Virus record (IMG/VR): IMGVR_UViG_3300023314_000087
Span: 1-30,467 of that record
Source: a virus
Lineage: Duplodnaviria; Caudoviricetes
Length of the DNA stretch: 30,467 nt
Direction: 5' to 3' (one strand)
Position numbers and translations under genes: made by a program. How positions within the stretch are numbered: position 1 is the first letter of the stretch; every line of letters begins with the position of its first letter. Below are positions 1-9,334 of this stretch, in pieces. The notes beneath the pieces were generated by a model, which saw only the letters and a program-made list of their open reading frames with translations, was not told the origin of the DNA and did no database searches.

Positions 1-1266
1 ATGGTGGTATATGCTTTAATCGATTGTAATAATTTTTACGCTAGTTGTGAGCGTGTTTTTAGACCTGATTTACGGAACGTTCCAATAGTTGTACTAAGTA
101 ATAATGATGGTTGTGTTATAGCTAGAAGCAATGAAGCAAAAGCTTTAGGAGTTCCAATGGGTGCAGCTGCATTTGAGTATGAAGATTTCTTTATTAAGAA
201 TAACATAGTTGTTTTTAGTTCTAACTATCCTTTATATGGTGATATGAGTTCTAGGGTAATGACATTATTATCTGAATACGCACCTGAAATAGAAATATAT
301 AGTGTTGATGAAGCATTTTTAAAATTTGATGGTTTTGATGAACACTATGATTTAACTGTATTAGGACGTGAAATAAAACATAAGATAGAACAATCTACTG
401 GTATACCTATATCTGTTGGTTTTGCTCCAACAAAAACATTAGCTAAGGTTGCTAATCGTATTGCTAAGAAATTTGTTCAAAAAACTGGTGGTGTATATGA
501 ATTAGTAACTGATGAACAACGTGTAAAGGCTTTGAAATGGTTACCAGTTGAAGATGTTTGGGGAATTGGTAGACAATTATCTAAAAAACTTCATTCAATC
601 GGAGTAAAAAGAACTTATGATTTTATACATCTACCTGAAGACTGGGTTTTAAGAAATATGTCGGTTGTTGGTTTAAGAATGTATAAGGAACTAAATGGTA
701 TACCTAGTTTAGAGATGGAAATAACTAAACCAAAAAAGAATATTGCAACTACTAGAAGCTTTGATGTGATGTATACGGAAATAGACCAATTGAAAGAGCG
801 TGTATTAACCTTTGCTACCAGTTGTGCTGAAAAATTAAGAAAACAAGATTCAGCTTGTAACGCTGTTATGGTGTTTATTCATACCAATGGATTTAGAAAA
901 GAATTACCACAATATACTAGAAGCATTTTAGTACAAATTCCTTATCCTACATCATCATCAATAGAGATTGGAAAATATGCTTTAATCGGATTACAGAAAA
1001 TATTTAGAAAAGGTTATAAGTATAAAAAAGCTGGTGTTATCGTAATGGATATTACACCAGAAAACCCAACACAAATAAATATGTTTGAAAATTCAAATCC
1101 TAAACATAAAATGTTGATGAAAGCAGTTGATAATATCAATGGTATTTACGGTACAGGAAAAATAAAACTAGCTGGTCAAGATTTAAAAAAAACGTGGAAA
1201 ATGAAGCAAGAAAGATTAAGCCAACGGTATACAACAAATATTAATGAACTTATTGAAATTAGATAA
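1..1266 (+). CDS. umuC: Y-family error-prone DNA polymerase (UmuC / Pol V catalytic subunit-like)
   Basis: [13 protein letters not shown] catalytic motif, [31 protein letters not shown], and the UmuC-type C-terminus [14 protein letters not shown]. Confidence 0.93.
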   Translation: MVVYALIDCNNFYASCERVFRPDLRNVPIVVLSNNDGCVIARSNEAKALGVPMGAAAFEYEDFFIKNNIVVFSSNYPLYGDMSSRVMTLLSEYAPEIEIYSVDEAFLKFDGFDEHYDLTVLGREIKHKIEQSTGIPISVGFAPTKTLAKVANRIAKKFVQKTGGVYELVTDEQRVKALKWLPVEDVWGIGRQLSKKLHSIGVKRTYDFIHLPEDWVLRNMSVVGLRMYKELNGIPSLEMEITKPKKNIATTRSFDVMYTEIDQLKERVLTFATSCAEKLRKQDSACNAVMVFIHTNGFRKELPQYTRSILVQIPYPTSSSIEIGKYALIGLQKIFRKGYKYKKAGVIVMDITPENPTQINMFENSNPKHKMLMKAVDNINGIYGTGKIKLAGQDLKKTWKMKQERLSQRYTTNINELIEIR

Positions 1267-1405
1267 TTTTATCTAAATTTATATTGATGTTTACTTTCTT
1301 CACTTGGGGTCACTATACGACAAATCAAATCACTAAAGGTGAAGCATTAATTATTTTGCTTCTTGTTATTCCAATTGATATACTAATTTTTTCAACCATA
1401 TAGTT

Positions 1406-2050
1406 ATGTGTTTTCAGCACCGACAATCAAAAGAAGCTGTTAAGGTTGAAAATAGATTCAATGCTAAATTTGATAGTAATATACATTATCAACCATCAGA
1501 ATTATATAGAGGTCACGCATATCCCCAAACACCAGTTATAACAAATACAAATCCTGAACTAATTCAAATGTACAACTGGGGGTTAATTCCTAGTTTCTCA
1601 ACAAATAAAAGTAGACGTGAATTTACTCTAAATGCTAGAGTAGAAACACTCAATGAAAAGGAATCATTTAAAGATGTAATGGGTAATAGATGTTTAGTTA
1701 TAGTTGATGGATTCTATGAATGGGAATGGTTAACTAAATCAGGTAGCAGAAAACAAAAGTATCTAATAACATTACCTGATAACGGTTTATTCTGTTTTGC
1801 TGGTCTATATGATAGATGGGTTGATAACTACAGTAATGAAGTTGTACATAGCTATACTATTGTTACTACTACAGCTAATAAACTAATGTCGGAGATACAC
1901 AATCACGGTCAAAGAATGCCTATTATATTAAGACCTGACCAAGAAAGAACTTGGTTGAATAATGATGAATTTTTTGTTGATTATGAAATTGATTTATTAG
2001 CAACCCCAATTGATAAACCAATGACTACACAAGGTTCTTTATTTGGTTGA
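1406..2050 (+). CDS. SOS response-associated peptidase (SRAP/YedK/HMCES family, abasic-site protection)
   Basis: Cys2 at the N-terminus, WGLIP, NARVET, RCLVIVDGFYEW, FAGLYD, IHN..RMPIIL; adjacent to umuC, as is common for this family. Confidence 0.92.
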   Translation: MCFQHRQSKEAVKVENRFNAKFDSNIHYQPSELYRGHAYPQTPVITNTNPELIQMYNWGLIPSFSTNKSRREFTLNARVETLNEKESFKDVMGNRCLVIVDGFYEWEWLTKSGSRKQKYLITLPDNGLFCFAGLYDRWVDNYSNEVVHSYTIVTTTANKLMSEIHNHGQRMPIILRPDQERTWLNNDEFFVDYEIDLLATPIDKPMTTQGSLFG

Positions 2051-2199
2051 GATAAATAACAATGACAAACCGTTAATAAATGATGTTATATTCTAATTGT
2101 TAGTTAGAATACCTTTCAATTCTGTCTATTCGCTTCGTGCGCACAAAGCTTAATTCTATTATGCCATTTTTTAATCCGTAAGGATTCTTAGAAAGTTGG

Positions 2200-2505
2200 C
2201 TAACTTTCGTTCCACTCTACTACAAATCTTTTAACTAACAAGTATAAAAAACCTAATACCTCAACCATTGGTTCAATATCTTCCCATTTTGTTTTCACAA
2301 TAGCTAGGATTCCAAATTTCCAAAGTATGATAAACCAAAACAACACAAGTATCAAGGATACTATAGAGTTGTGGTCAATTTTTGAATTCTTAGATTTACC
2401 ATTATTAATTTCAATTGTGACATTGTCAAAATAATAGTAATTTTTGGTTATTCTTGATTTGTTATAATAAATGCATTTTTTTGATTTACTCTTTTTATGA
2501 GACAT
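2200..2505 (-). CDS. Hypothetical membrane protein
   Basis: 101-aa ORF with a basic N-terminus and 1-2 hydrophobic segments (IVSLILVLFWFIILWKFGILAIV); no family recognised. Confidence 0.4.
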   Translation of the reverse strand: MSHKKSKSKKCIYYNKSRITKNYYYFDNVTIEINNGKSKNSKIDHNSIVSLILVLFWFIILWKFGILAIVKTKWEDIEPMVEVLGFLYLLVKRFVVEWNES

Positions 2506-2719
2506 AAAAATTTGGTGAGCAAATACTTTTAATTCTGAATTTAATCATATGCTAAATTATTTACATTTTATTTTAAAATCATTTATACACAGTCTGTCAA
2601 AGAACTAATTCTTTATTTAAGAGATAAATAAAGAATATCATTAGCTTAAAATTAAACAAATAAATTTATAATGAGATTAACTAAAGTTTATTTTAGTGTA
2701 GAATTAGGTATTAATTGAA

Positions 2720-3190
2720 TTATTTTTCAATAAATTCACCTACATCTTCTTTTATAGTCTTACCACGGCTAACCATATTCTTAGCCATTTTAATAAAATC
2801 ATATCCTGTACTTAGTTTGATATTCTCTAATATTGAAAACACTTCAACTCCAACAAGTATAATAGCTACAAACTTGGTTAAAAAAAGAGAAACAACTGTA
2901 AACTGCATCACCAATTCATTCAATACATAGTTATCAATCAAGAAAAATAAAATCAATGTACCTTGATACAATAGCATCTTACTAATTAAAGCTGAAAAAC
3001 CTCTGCTAGTAATCTTTTTCTTTTGCTTATACGTTCGATATACGCCACTAAAAGTATCTAGCATAATACATAAGCCAACTAATAAAATAAGTGGTATAAT
3101 AGGCAATAGAATAGCTAAAATTAAAGCTAGGATATACTTACCAAATGCTTTGATAGTAAATAGAAAATTGTACGCTGCAATCTTAAACAT
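2720..3190 (-). CDS. Phage holin (Phage_holin_4_1/TcdE-like)
   Basis: Several TM helices with LDTFSGV...ITSRGF...KMLLY...EVFSILENI. Start moved from 3247 to the ATG at 3190, which directly follows the stop of the upstream gene (3192). Confidence 0.8.
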   Translation of the reverse strand: MFKIAAYNFLFTIKAFGKYILALILAILLPIIPLILLVGLCIMLDTFSGVYRTYKQKKKITSRGFSALISKMLLYQGTLILFFLIDNYVLNELVMQFTVVSLFLTKFVAIILVGVEVFSILENIKLSTGYDFIKMAKNMVSRGKTIKEDVGEFIEK

Positions 3191-3191
3191 C

Positions 3192-3722
3192 TTAGTTGAA
3201 TGAATTAGTACAGCTGTTATTTTTGTAGAAAACAAATCCACTATCAAATTGACTTGATTTGTCAGGTGCTATATCTGTATTTGGTGCTATGTATGATGGA
3301 AATAAATTTGAATTGATATACAAAAATTGTACAATTCTTTCAGAATAGAATTCAGCTAAGTTCTTAACCTCATTTCTCATATAGTTCACTACTTCTAATT
3401 CAACTTCTTTTGAGTTATCACCAAACTGTAATTGCAAACCTTTATTCTTGATATTGAAAGTCAAAAATGGTAACGCTAATTCAATCGTTTTAAAAGCTAC
3501 AGCTGGTTTAATGTATTCAACCAATTTTATCTGATTAGCTGAAAGTGTTTGACCTGAATAAGCTTCAAGTATCTCATTATATAAGTTAGTTCCTAGAATC
3601 GGTTGAATATGTAAATCTTGTGCTGGTACAATATGTACTACCAAGTCTTTCATATCAACATTCAAATTGATAGGCGCAATTTCTTTTAAATATGTTTCGC
3701 TAATTAGCTTTACTAATGTCAT
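3192..3722 (-). CDS. Putative head-tail connector/adaptor
   Basis: Directly downstream of the portal; LISETYLK...AQDLHIQPILGTNLY...LVEYIKP resembles Bacteroidota phage adaptor proteins. Mostly a context call. Confidence 0.55.
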   Translation of the reverse strand: MTLVKLISETYLKEIAPINLNVDMKDLVVHIVPAQDLHIQPILGTNLYNEILEAYSGQTLSANQIKLVEYIKPAVAFKTIELALPFLTFNIKNKGLQLQFGDNSKEVELEVVNYMRNEVKNLAEFYSERIVQFLYINSNLFPSYIAPNTDIAPDKSSQFDSGFVFYKNNSCTNSFN

Positions 3723-3724
3723 TC

Positions 3725-4930
3725 TTAAATAGGGTTATTTGTTTCTGTTATTTGAGTTTGTATTGTGTATATGTCAGCTTCTTTAAAATGTAATTCATTG
3801 TACAATCCATTAGTAGTAATGAAACTATTAAAGATTCTTTCTAAATCCTTTTGCGCTGGTTTAATAATTGATTTATTGAATAACTTATAGCTTGATTCAA
3901 CTTCACCACTATCACCTAAACTACCAGCTGTTTTTAATCCTAATAATATCGGATTGATAGAGTGACTATAAAGAATTTGTCTTTGAATAGTATCAGTTAA
4001 ACTCATAAAGGTTTTATCTAACTTGTTTGGCTCTAATTGTGTAACCTTAGCAGCTGAATCAACTGAAGGATTAAATAGAACCATCACCTTACCAGTATTT
4101 CTAGAACCAGCAAAACTATCATTCAATGATTGTAACGTTTTTTGCTTTTCTTCATCATTCGCTGGACTTCTAAAGAATTCAATCAACATTGATGGGTTTA
4201 AACTATTAGTAATATTTGACTTGTGATAAGCAGACATTTCAGAATCTAGAACAACCCAGTTAAGACCACTTACATAGCTTGGTAAAGCGTATGTTTTCAT
4301 ACCAGCTGATTCAACTTGATGTACATATAATTGTACCTTTTCTTTTGTATTCTGTTGGTCAAATTTTGCAATCTTAACTTTACCAAACCTACCAAGTTGA
4401 GACCAATCATAACAATAGTAATAACTAGTAGGTTGCATTCTATTATCTACTTCAGCAACTCTAATTTTTTCAGGTGCTATTCTTTCAAGCTTAATAATTT
4501 TTGTATTGTTAGAATTCCAAGTAATTTGAATGTATACCCTTGAATGTAAAAAGTAATCGAATGCTAAATTGTCATACATATTTTCAAACTGATTCAATAA
4601 CTGATTCAATTTGATTTTACTTTCACCATCTAGTTTATCTTTACCATCAACATCAAAACCCTCACCTACTGTAAGTAATTTCTTTAATTGAATGCTTCTA
4701 CTATGTAATGGTGAACTATTATAAAGGTTATTCAAATCATCAGGATAAGCATTATCAGCACCGAAATAAAAGCCGTTGCTATTTCTATAATTTGTTTGAA
4801 ATGGTTTTGTATAATCTGTTTTTAAATTGAATGAATATACATCAGTCATAGTATTACCTACACCAGTTTCAACTGTTAGTGTATGTGGTTCTAATTGTGG
4901 TTTTTTAATGAAATAATCTTTGAATGCCAT
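3725..4930 (-). CDS. Phage portal protein
   Basis: 401 aa; FGADNAYPDDLNNLYNSSPLH...GEG, YALPSY, FAGSRNTGKVMV, ILYSHSINPILLG, IIKPAQ match the portal pattern of Bacteroidota phages. Confidence 0.85.
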   Translation of the reverse strand: MAFKDYFIKKPQLEPHTLTVETGVGNTMTDVYSFNLKTDYTKPFQTNYRNSNGFYFGADNAYPDDLNNLYNSSPLHSRSIQLKKLLTVGEGFDVDGKDKLDGESKIKLNQLLNQFENMYDNLAFDYFLHSRVYIQITWNSNNTKIIKLERIAPEKIRVAEVDNRMQPTSYYYCYDWSQLGRFGKVKIAKFDQQNTKEKVQLYVHQVESAGMKTYALPSYVSGLNWVVLDSEMSAYHKSNITNSLNPSMLIEFFRSPANDEEKQKTLQSLNDSFAGSRNTGKVMVLFNPSVDSAAKVTQLEPNKLDKTFMSLTDTIQRQILYSHSINPILLGLKTAGSLGDSGEVESSYKLFNKSIIKPAQKDLERIFNSFITTNGLYNELHFKEADIYTIQTQITETNNPI

Positions 4931-4941
4931 CAGGGTTTTGT

Positions 4942-5307
4942 TTATCTATAAATCTTATCAAGTTCAGTATCTATACCATTTACATAAGCTTTACCAGTAT
5001 TGACAATACTAGTAGTTGCACTTACTTCAAGTGTTTCATTTGAACTTTCATAAATGTTATACTTATAGCTACCACTTAATAGATTAACTGTAGATGCAGT
5101 TAAATCAACATATGTAGTACCAGTTTCAGTTATTTGAAAGTGATTGTATCTTTGTTTGTACTCACTTAAATCAGGGCTTGTAAAGTATGTTACTTGTTGA
5201 GTTGTATCATTTATAAACTCAAATAAATAATTAGGGTTTTCAAGCGTACTATTTAAAGTCAATTCAATTATTACATCATTTTCAGTATTCTTATTTAAGT
5301 AAATCAT
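4942..5307 (-). CDS. Small putative virion protein (head completion-like)
   Basis: 121-aa beta-rich ORF (GSYKYNIYE) with its own copy of the late-promoter motif, upstream of the portal. Confidence 0.45.
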   Translation of the reverse strand: MIYLNKNTENDVIIELTLNSTLENPNYLFEFINDTTQQVTYFTSPDLSEYKQRYNHFQITETGTTYVDLTASTVNLLSGSYKYNIYESSNETLEVSATTSIVNTGKAYVNGIDTELDKIYR

Positions 5308-5315
5308 TCTACTTA

Positions 5316-5340
5316 AATTATCAGACTTTACTAATCGTTC
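5316..5340 (-). promoter_or_regulatory. Putative late promoter GAAC-N14-GATAATT
   Basis: Minus strand gaacgattagtaaagtctgataatt, 8 nt before ATG 5307. Confidence 0.7.
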
Positions 5341-5346
5341 TGCAAT

Positions 5347-5377
5347 AAAAAAAGCTTAGTAGAAATACTAAGCTTTT
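5347..5377 (-). terminator. Intrinsic terminator after the tail tube gene
   Basis: aaaagcttagt-agaaat-actaagctttt, with a T-run on the minus strand. Confidence 0.75.
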
Positions 5378-5418
5378 AACCAGTTTTAAGTGGTTGATGC
5401 TGGTCTCATAAGCGATTT

Positions 5419-5943
5419 TTATGCTATCAATGAAGCAATTATTGTTGAAGACACTTCAGGCATTAATTCAGGTTCTTGTGCTAAGAATGTAAGTGAGTAT
5501 TTTGAACCATCACCCATTGCTGTACCACTACCTTCACCTAAAGCAGTTAAGTTAGCAGAATTTGCATAACCCATATACCAGTATAAGCCGTTACCGTCTT
5601 TTATTATTATTTTAAGGTTTCTTTGTCCTGATGAAACTAGCAAAATTGAATTTCTTTTTGCTACTTCACGTCTAGGTATTACTAAAGAAAGTGTTGTTGT
5701 AAAGAATGTTGAACCGTTTTCAAGTGAAATAGCAGCTTCTTCAGTATAGTTACCTGTATTCTTGTTGAACTGGTATTCAATAAATTTTGATGAACCTGAC
5801 ATACTAATACCTGTAATAGTACCAGTTGATGCTGTTGTAGATAATACTGATTCACTTGGTGCTAAATACACATTAGTGATACCACCAGAATTATTTAAAT
5901 TACAAAACTTTATTTCTGTTAATGATGTATTTATACAAGACAT
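5419..5943 (-). CDS. Putative major tail (tube) protein
   Basis: 174 aa; MSC...C..NSGGITNVYL, ENGSTFFTTTL, IIIKDGNGLYWYMG, SGTAMGD..YSLTFLAQE pattern of Bacteroidota siphovirus tube proteins; follows the capsid gene. Confidence 0.7.
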   Translation of the reverse strand: MSCINTSLTEIKFCNLNNSGGITNVYLAPSESVLSTTASTGTITGISMSGSSKFIEYQFNKNTGNYTEEAAISLENGSTFFTTTLSLVIPRREVAKRNSILLVSSGQRNLKIIIKDGNGLYWYMGYANSANLTALGEGSGTAMGDGSKYSLTFLAQEPELMPEVSSTIIASLIA

Positions 5944-5979
5944 TATTTATTTGGTTAAAAATCATTGTTATTTTCTTTA

Positions 5980-6011
5980 AAGAGAGTAAGCATTTTATAA
6001 CTTACTCTCTT
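5980..6011 (-). terminator. Stem-loop between the capsid and tail tube genes (terminator or mRNA-stabilising)
   Basis: aagagagtaag-N10-cttactctctt, a perfect 11-bp stem with no strong U-tract. Confidence 0.5.
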
Positions 6012-6022
6012 AGGTTTTTTTG

Positions 6023-6943
6023 TTAGTGTACGTATACTATTTCACCACCATTCAAGATTGCAAAACCAACTTTTAAGTTTACTCTTGCTCTTAATAATTC
6101 ATCACCAGTTGTATCTGATAAGTTGATTATTTTAATGTCTGAAATATCTGAAATACCATCGAATGCATAAACCAAGTTATCAGGTACAGTTAATACGATT
6201 TGATTAGCTGGTAAATAAGCTTGTGGTATAATATCAATATCAGCAAATGTCATAGCTAATTTCTTAGTTACGTTTGATGTTGTATTATATTGTGCAGTTG
6301 CTATACCATATGCAGTTGCTACGTTTGGTGCTACATAAAATTTCAATTTAGTAGTATCAGTTTGTAACTTAGCTGGTAATGTTTGTAAAGCTGTAGCTAA
6401 TACTTGAATTACGTTTGCAGTTGTAACAGCAGAAGCTGCAACATCAATTACACTTGCATCAGCATTTAAAATAGTTGTAAAACCATTTACTAAAGCTTTG
6501 TGTGTACCTGTGTAAGCTGTGTTTGTTGTTGAACCATTCCAACGTAAGTCTGCAATTTCATCTTTGATTTCTTGTGACATTGTATCAAAGAAATATGATG
6601 TAAATGATGCAACTTCCCAGTTAGATGAACCAGCTGCCATTTCTTTTGAAATGAATGATGATTCTAAGTCTTTCTTACAAACTTGAACCATTGCGCTAAT
6701 ACCAACTACTGATACTGTTACTGCTGATAATGTAGCGTCTGTACTTGTGAAATTACAAGTTTCAGGTTTTAAAATATCTGCAAAGATTGCAGTTGCTACT
6801 TTCTCTGAACTCTTAACTCCTGGGATTGTTCTAAATAATTGTGCTTGTTCTTCATCAATATATGTTTTTGCATACCAAGATTCAGGATTAGGTGCATATA
6901 ATGCTGTTGAATTTACTGTTAAATCAAAACTAATTTTTTTCAT
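6023..6943 (-). CDS. Major capsid protein (HK97-fold likely)
   Basis: 306 aa after the protease/scaffold gene; IPGVKS, TCNFT, VCKKDLES, LRWNG, IKIINLSDTTGD..LRARV..GF...GEIVY resemble Bacteroidota phage capsid proteins. Confidence 0.8.
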   Translation of the reverse strand: MKKISFDLTVNSTALYAPNPESWYAKTYIDEEQAQLFRTIPGVKSSEKVATAIFADILKPETCNFTSTDATLSAVTVSVVGISAMVQVCKKDLESSFISKEMAAGSSNWEVASFTSYFFDTMSQEIKDEIADLRWNGSTTNTAYTGTHKALVNGFTTILNADASVIDVAASAVTTANVIQVLATALQTLPAKLQTDTTKLKFYVAPNVATAYGIATAQYNTTSNVTKKLAMTFADIDIIPQAYLPANQIVLTVPDNLVYAFDGISDISDIKIINLSDTTGDELLRARVNLKVGFAILNGGEIVYVH

Positions 6944-6985
6944 TTTGGGTTTTTATCTTTTCTATTATTATTTTATTCTACCTCT

Positions 6986-7010
6986 AATTATCACTAATTG
7001 AAAATCGTTC
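6986..7010 (-). promoter_or_regulatory. Putative late promoter GAAC-N14-GATAATT
   Basis: Minus strand gaacgattttcaattagtgataatt, upstream of the capsid gene. Confidence 0.7.
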
Positions 7011-7015
7011 GGTAT

Positions 7016-8080
7016 TTATTTTTTACTTGCATATTTCATCAACTCAACAAGTGAATCAACTGATGAAAATTCTGCTTTCATTTCGTCTTTTGTATCTTCA
7101 ATTGAAGATGTTTCTTGTTCTGTTTTTAATGCAGCAATTGCTTTATATACTTCGTCAAATAAAGGTGCTACAATAGCAAGTATTGCAGCTTCATCTGTCT
7201 TAGCTTCTTCTTCTTTTGGTGCTTCAGGTGCTGGTGCTTCTACTGCTGCTGTTTCAGTTGAACCTGATTCATACATACTTGTATCTACATTATCTTCAAC
7301 AACTTCTTCATAACTCCATACCTTACCTTCTTTGATTTCGATATGTGTACCATCTTCAAGTGTTATTTCACCATCAGTAGCTGGTACTTTTTGTAATTGG
7401 TCATCAATCATCCATACTGGTGAATCAATTGCTACATCACCTTCTACATAATATTTAGTTCCATCTTGTGCTGTTATATCAGCAAATTTTATTTTTTCCA
7501 TTTGGGTTTTATTTGTATTATCTGTTATTGATTTTTGTTTTTGTAATTCTATTGCTAGACCTAACCAAGCTTCTAGGCTAAATGAACTTCTATCACCATC
7601 TTTGACTTGTTCCCATTCAGCAGAATCTTTTACTTTAATCTTTGCCATCCAAGTACCAACTGGTAATTTGAAACCATACTTATTTGCTTTATCAAATTGT
7701 TCATCTTCAATAATCCAAGTTTCTAAAATGTATGCTGATTGAAGTTCTGTTTGATGGTCAAGATTAACCTTAGTAGATTTAGGATTTGAATTGAAATCTT
7801 CAGCTAATTGAGCTATTACTTCAGATGAAAACTTTACATAGTATTCACCCATTTCATCATCATATCTATAGATATGAATATCAGGTATTGCAACTGGTGC
7901 AACTATGATTTGTTGGTCTGCTGATAAGAATAATTTTTGTGGTGGATTCTCATTATTAAAACGAAAACCATTTACCATAATTGCAGGGTCTTTGACTATA
8001 GAAATATAGTCCATAAAGTGACCTGATTCAGTTTCTAAATCGTCAAGAGTAATTGAATAAATAGGTATATTATTAGACAT
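7016..8080 (-). CDS. Prohead serine protease (XkdF-like) fused to an acidic scaffold domain
   Basis: ISIVKDPAI, VAIPDIHIYR, VNLDH, ETWII, LPVGTWM, SFSLE, then an acidic Ala/Pro/Glu-rich C-terminus. Likely start is ATG 8080 rather than GTG 8086. Confidence 0.8.
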   Translation of the reverse strand: MSNNIPIYSITLDDLETESGHFMDYISIVKDPAIMVNGFRFNNENPPQKLFLSADQQIIVAPVAIPDIHIYRYDDEMGEYYVKFSSEVIAQLAEDFNSNPKSTKVNLDHQTELQSAYILETWIIEDEQFDKANKYGFKLPVGTWMAKIKVKDSAEWEQVKDGDRSSFSLEAWLGLAIELQKQKSITDNTNKTQMEKIKFADITAQDGTKYYVEGDVAIDSPVWMIDDQLQKVPATDGEITLEDGTHIEIKEGKVWSYEEVVEDNVDTSMYESGSTETAAVEAPAPEAPKEEEAKTDEAAILAIVAPLFDEVYKAIAALKTEQETSSIEDTKDEMKAEFSSVDSLVELMKYASKK

Positions 8081-8088
8081 ATACACCT

Positions 8089-8113
8089 AATTATCACAAA
8101 AAGTAAAACGTTC
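8089..8113 (-). promoter_or_regulatory. Putative late promoter GAAC-N14-GATAATT
   Basis: Minus strand gaacgttttactttttgtgataatt, 8 nt before ATG 8080. Confidence 0.7.
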
Positions 8114-8331
8114 GGAAGATGGAATGTGAGATATCAACAATTTTAAATTTTGGCATACCCAAAAATTTTGTTTCAAAAAAAGAAACTACCAGTTTATATA
8201 ACTGCCTATAAATCTAAACACTATGCGAATTTGCTGTTTCTTCTACTTGAAGAAATGTAAAAATCTTCTGTTTTGAATGTTAATAACGTTATTACCGCCA
8301 TTTAATTTTTTTATCTACATTCAAAATAAGA

Positions 8332-8360
8332 AATCCGCTGTAAGGTAGCGGATTACTTTT
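8332..8360. terminator. Stem-loop/terminator-like
   Basis: aatccgct-gtaaggt-agcggatt followed by actttt. Confidence 0.5.
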
Positions 8361-8374
8361 GAAACGTTGATTTG

Positions 8375-8444
8375 GGACAGGTAGCTTAACGGATAAAGCA
8401 AAGTAAACTAAGCTTAAGATGTCGGTTCGATTCCACCCTGTTTT
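8375..8444 (+). pseudogene. Degenerate tRNA-like element
   Basis: Acceptor ggacagg/cctgttt, TA, D-arm gctt..gg..aagc, anticodon arm aagt-aaactaa-gctt, T-loop ggttcgattcc. The anticodon loop lacks U33 and the T-stem is imperfect. Confidence 0.6.
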
Positions 8445-8551
8445 TACCCTTACACCGTTTTTATCAATTCGAGGTGGTCAGAAATGGCCACCTTTTCTTA
8501 TTATAAATGTAGTCTATATTATACCTTGCGTGTTTACCTACTTTTAAACAC

Positions 8552-9334
8552 CTATGTTGATATGTTCAATTCTTTGAAAAGTGCTAAACTGTTCAAACAC
8601 AACAACAAAGGTAATTTTACAACATCATTTATCTTGGTTACATCATTATTAGCCAGCTTCATTAGCAAAGCATCTAGACCCCATTTACTGACAATCTTTT
8701 CTTGTTCTATTGCTTTTTGATAGGTCAACTTATCAGCAGCCGACATTTGAGATACATCTATTTCTTCAGTTGAATCACTATCATCAAAATCAAATAAACC
8801 TGAATAGTTATCATAGATATGTTTTCTAAACTTGATATACTGATTCAATACACCATATACATCATCAATAATAGCTTCATTAAAAATATTTGCTCTATGA
8901 TTTAACCAGCTACCATATGATTCAAATTCATCAGGTATGAATGCATCATTGTTAATCTTCATACGTCTATATAGAATAGCTAGAATCTTAGGTAGGTTCT
9001 CTATACTATTTGATGTGATTAGATTTTCTAAATCTATAAACTCACCTATAATCATTGAATATAAATCAGGGTATAGATGTAAATCAGTATTAACAATTAC
9101 GATTGATTGTTTTGGTGGTTTACTTGGTAGCTTTGATAAGAATATCAATCTTGATTTGATTTGATTGAAATCATCTATATCCATTTCTTCAATAATAGTT
9201 GAATCAGTATCAGTTAGAATACTTAATAACTGAATAAAATATTCATCTTCACAATTGAAGTCTTCAACTTTAATTGATACCAGTTCTATAAATTGACCTA
9301 CACTAATTTGATTCCAGCTATCAGGTACTACCAT
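8552..9334 (-). CDS. Putative tail assembly chaperone-like protein (long paralogue)
   Basis: VPDSWNQISVGQF, GEFIDLE, ILAILYR, KWG motifs seen in Bacteroidota phage morphogenesis genes; similar to the upstream ORF. Confidence 0.5.
   Translation of the reverse strand: MVVPDSWNQISVGQFIELVSIKVEDFNCEDEYFIQLLSILTDTDSTIIEEMDIDDFNQIKSRLIFLSKLPSKPPKQSIVIVNTDLHLYPDLYSMIIGEFIDLENLITSNSIENLPKILAILYRRMKINNDAFIPDEFESYGSWLNHRANIFNEAIIDDVYGVLNQYIKFRKHIYDNYSGLFDFDDSDSTEEIDVSQMSAADKLTYQKAIEQEKIVSKWGLDALLMKLANNDVTKINDVVKLPLLLCLNSLALFKELNIST

Noticed and set aside
1246-1268. GATAATT at the end of umuC as another late promoter
   Set aside because: The nearest GAAC is at 12-nt spacing, it overlaps the stop codon, and it is not before a structural gene.
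8404-8412. Amber suppressor tRNA implying stop-codon recoding
   Set aside because: CTA is out of register in the loop, and the genes translate full-length in the standard code.
2715-9164. Short plus-strand ORFs at 2715, 4023, 4331, 5762, 6747, 8484 and 8937
   Set aside because: Antisense shadows of well-supported minus-strand genes, with no recognisable motifs.
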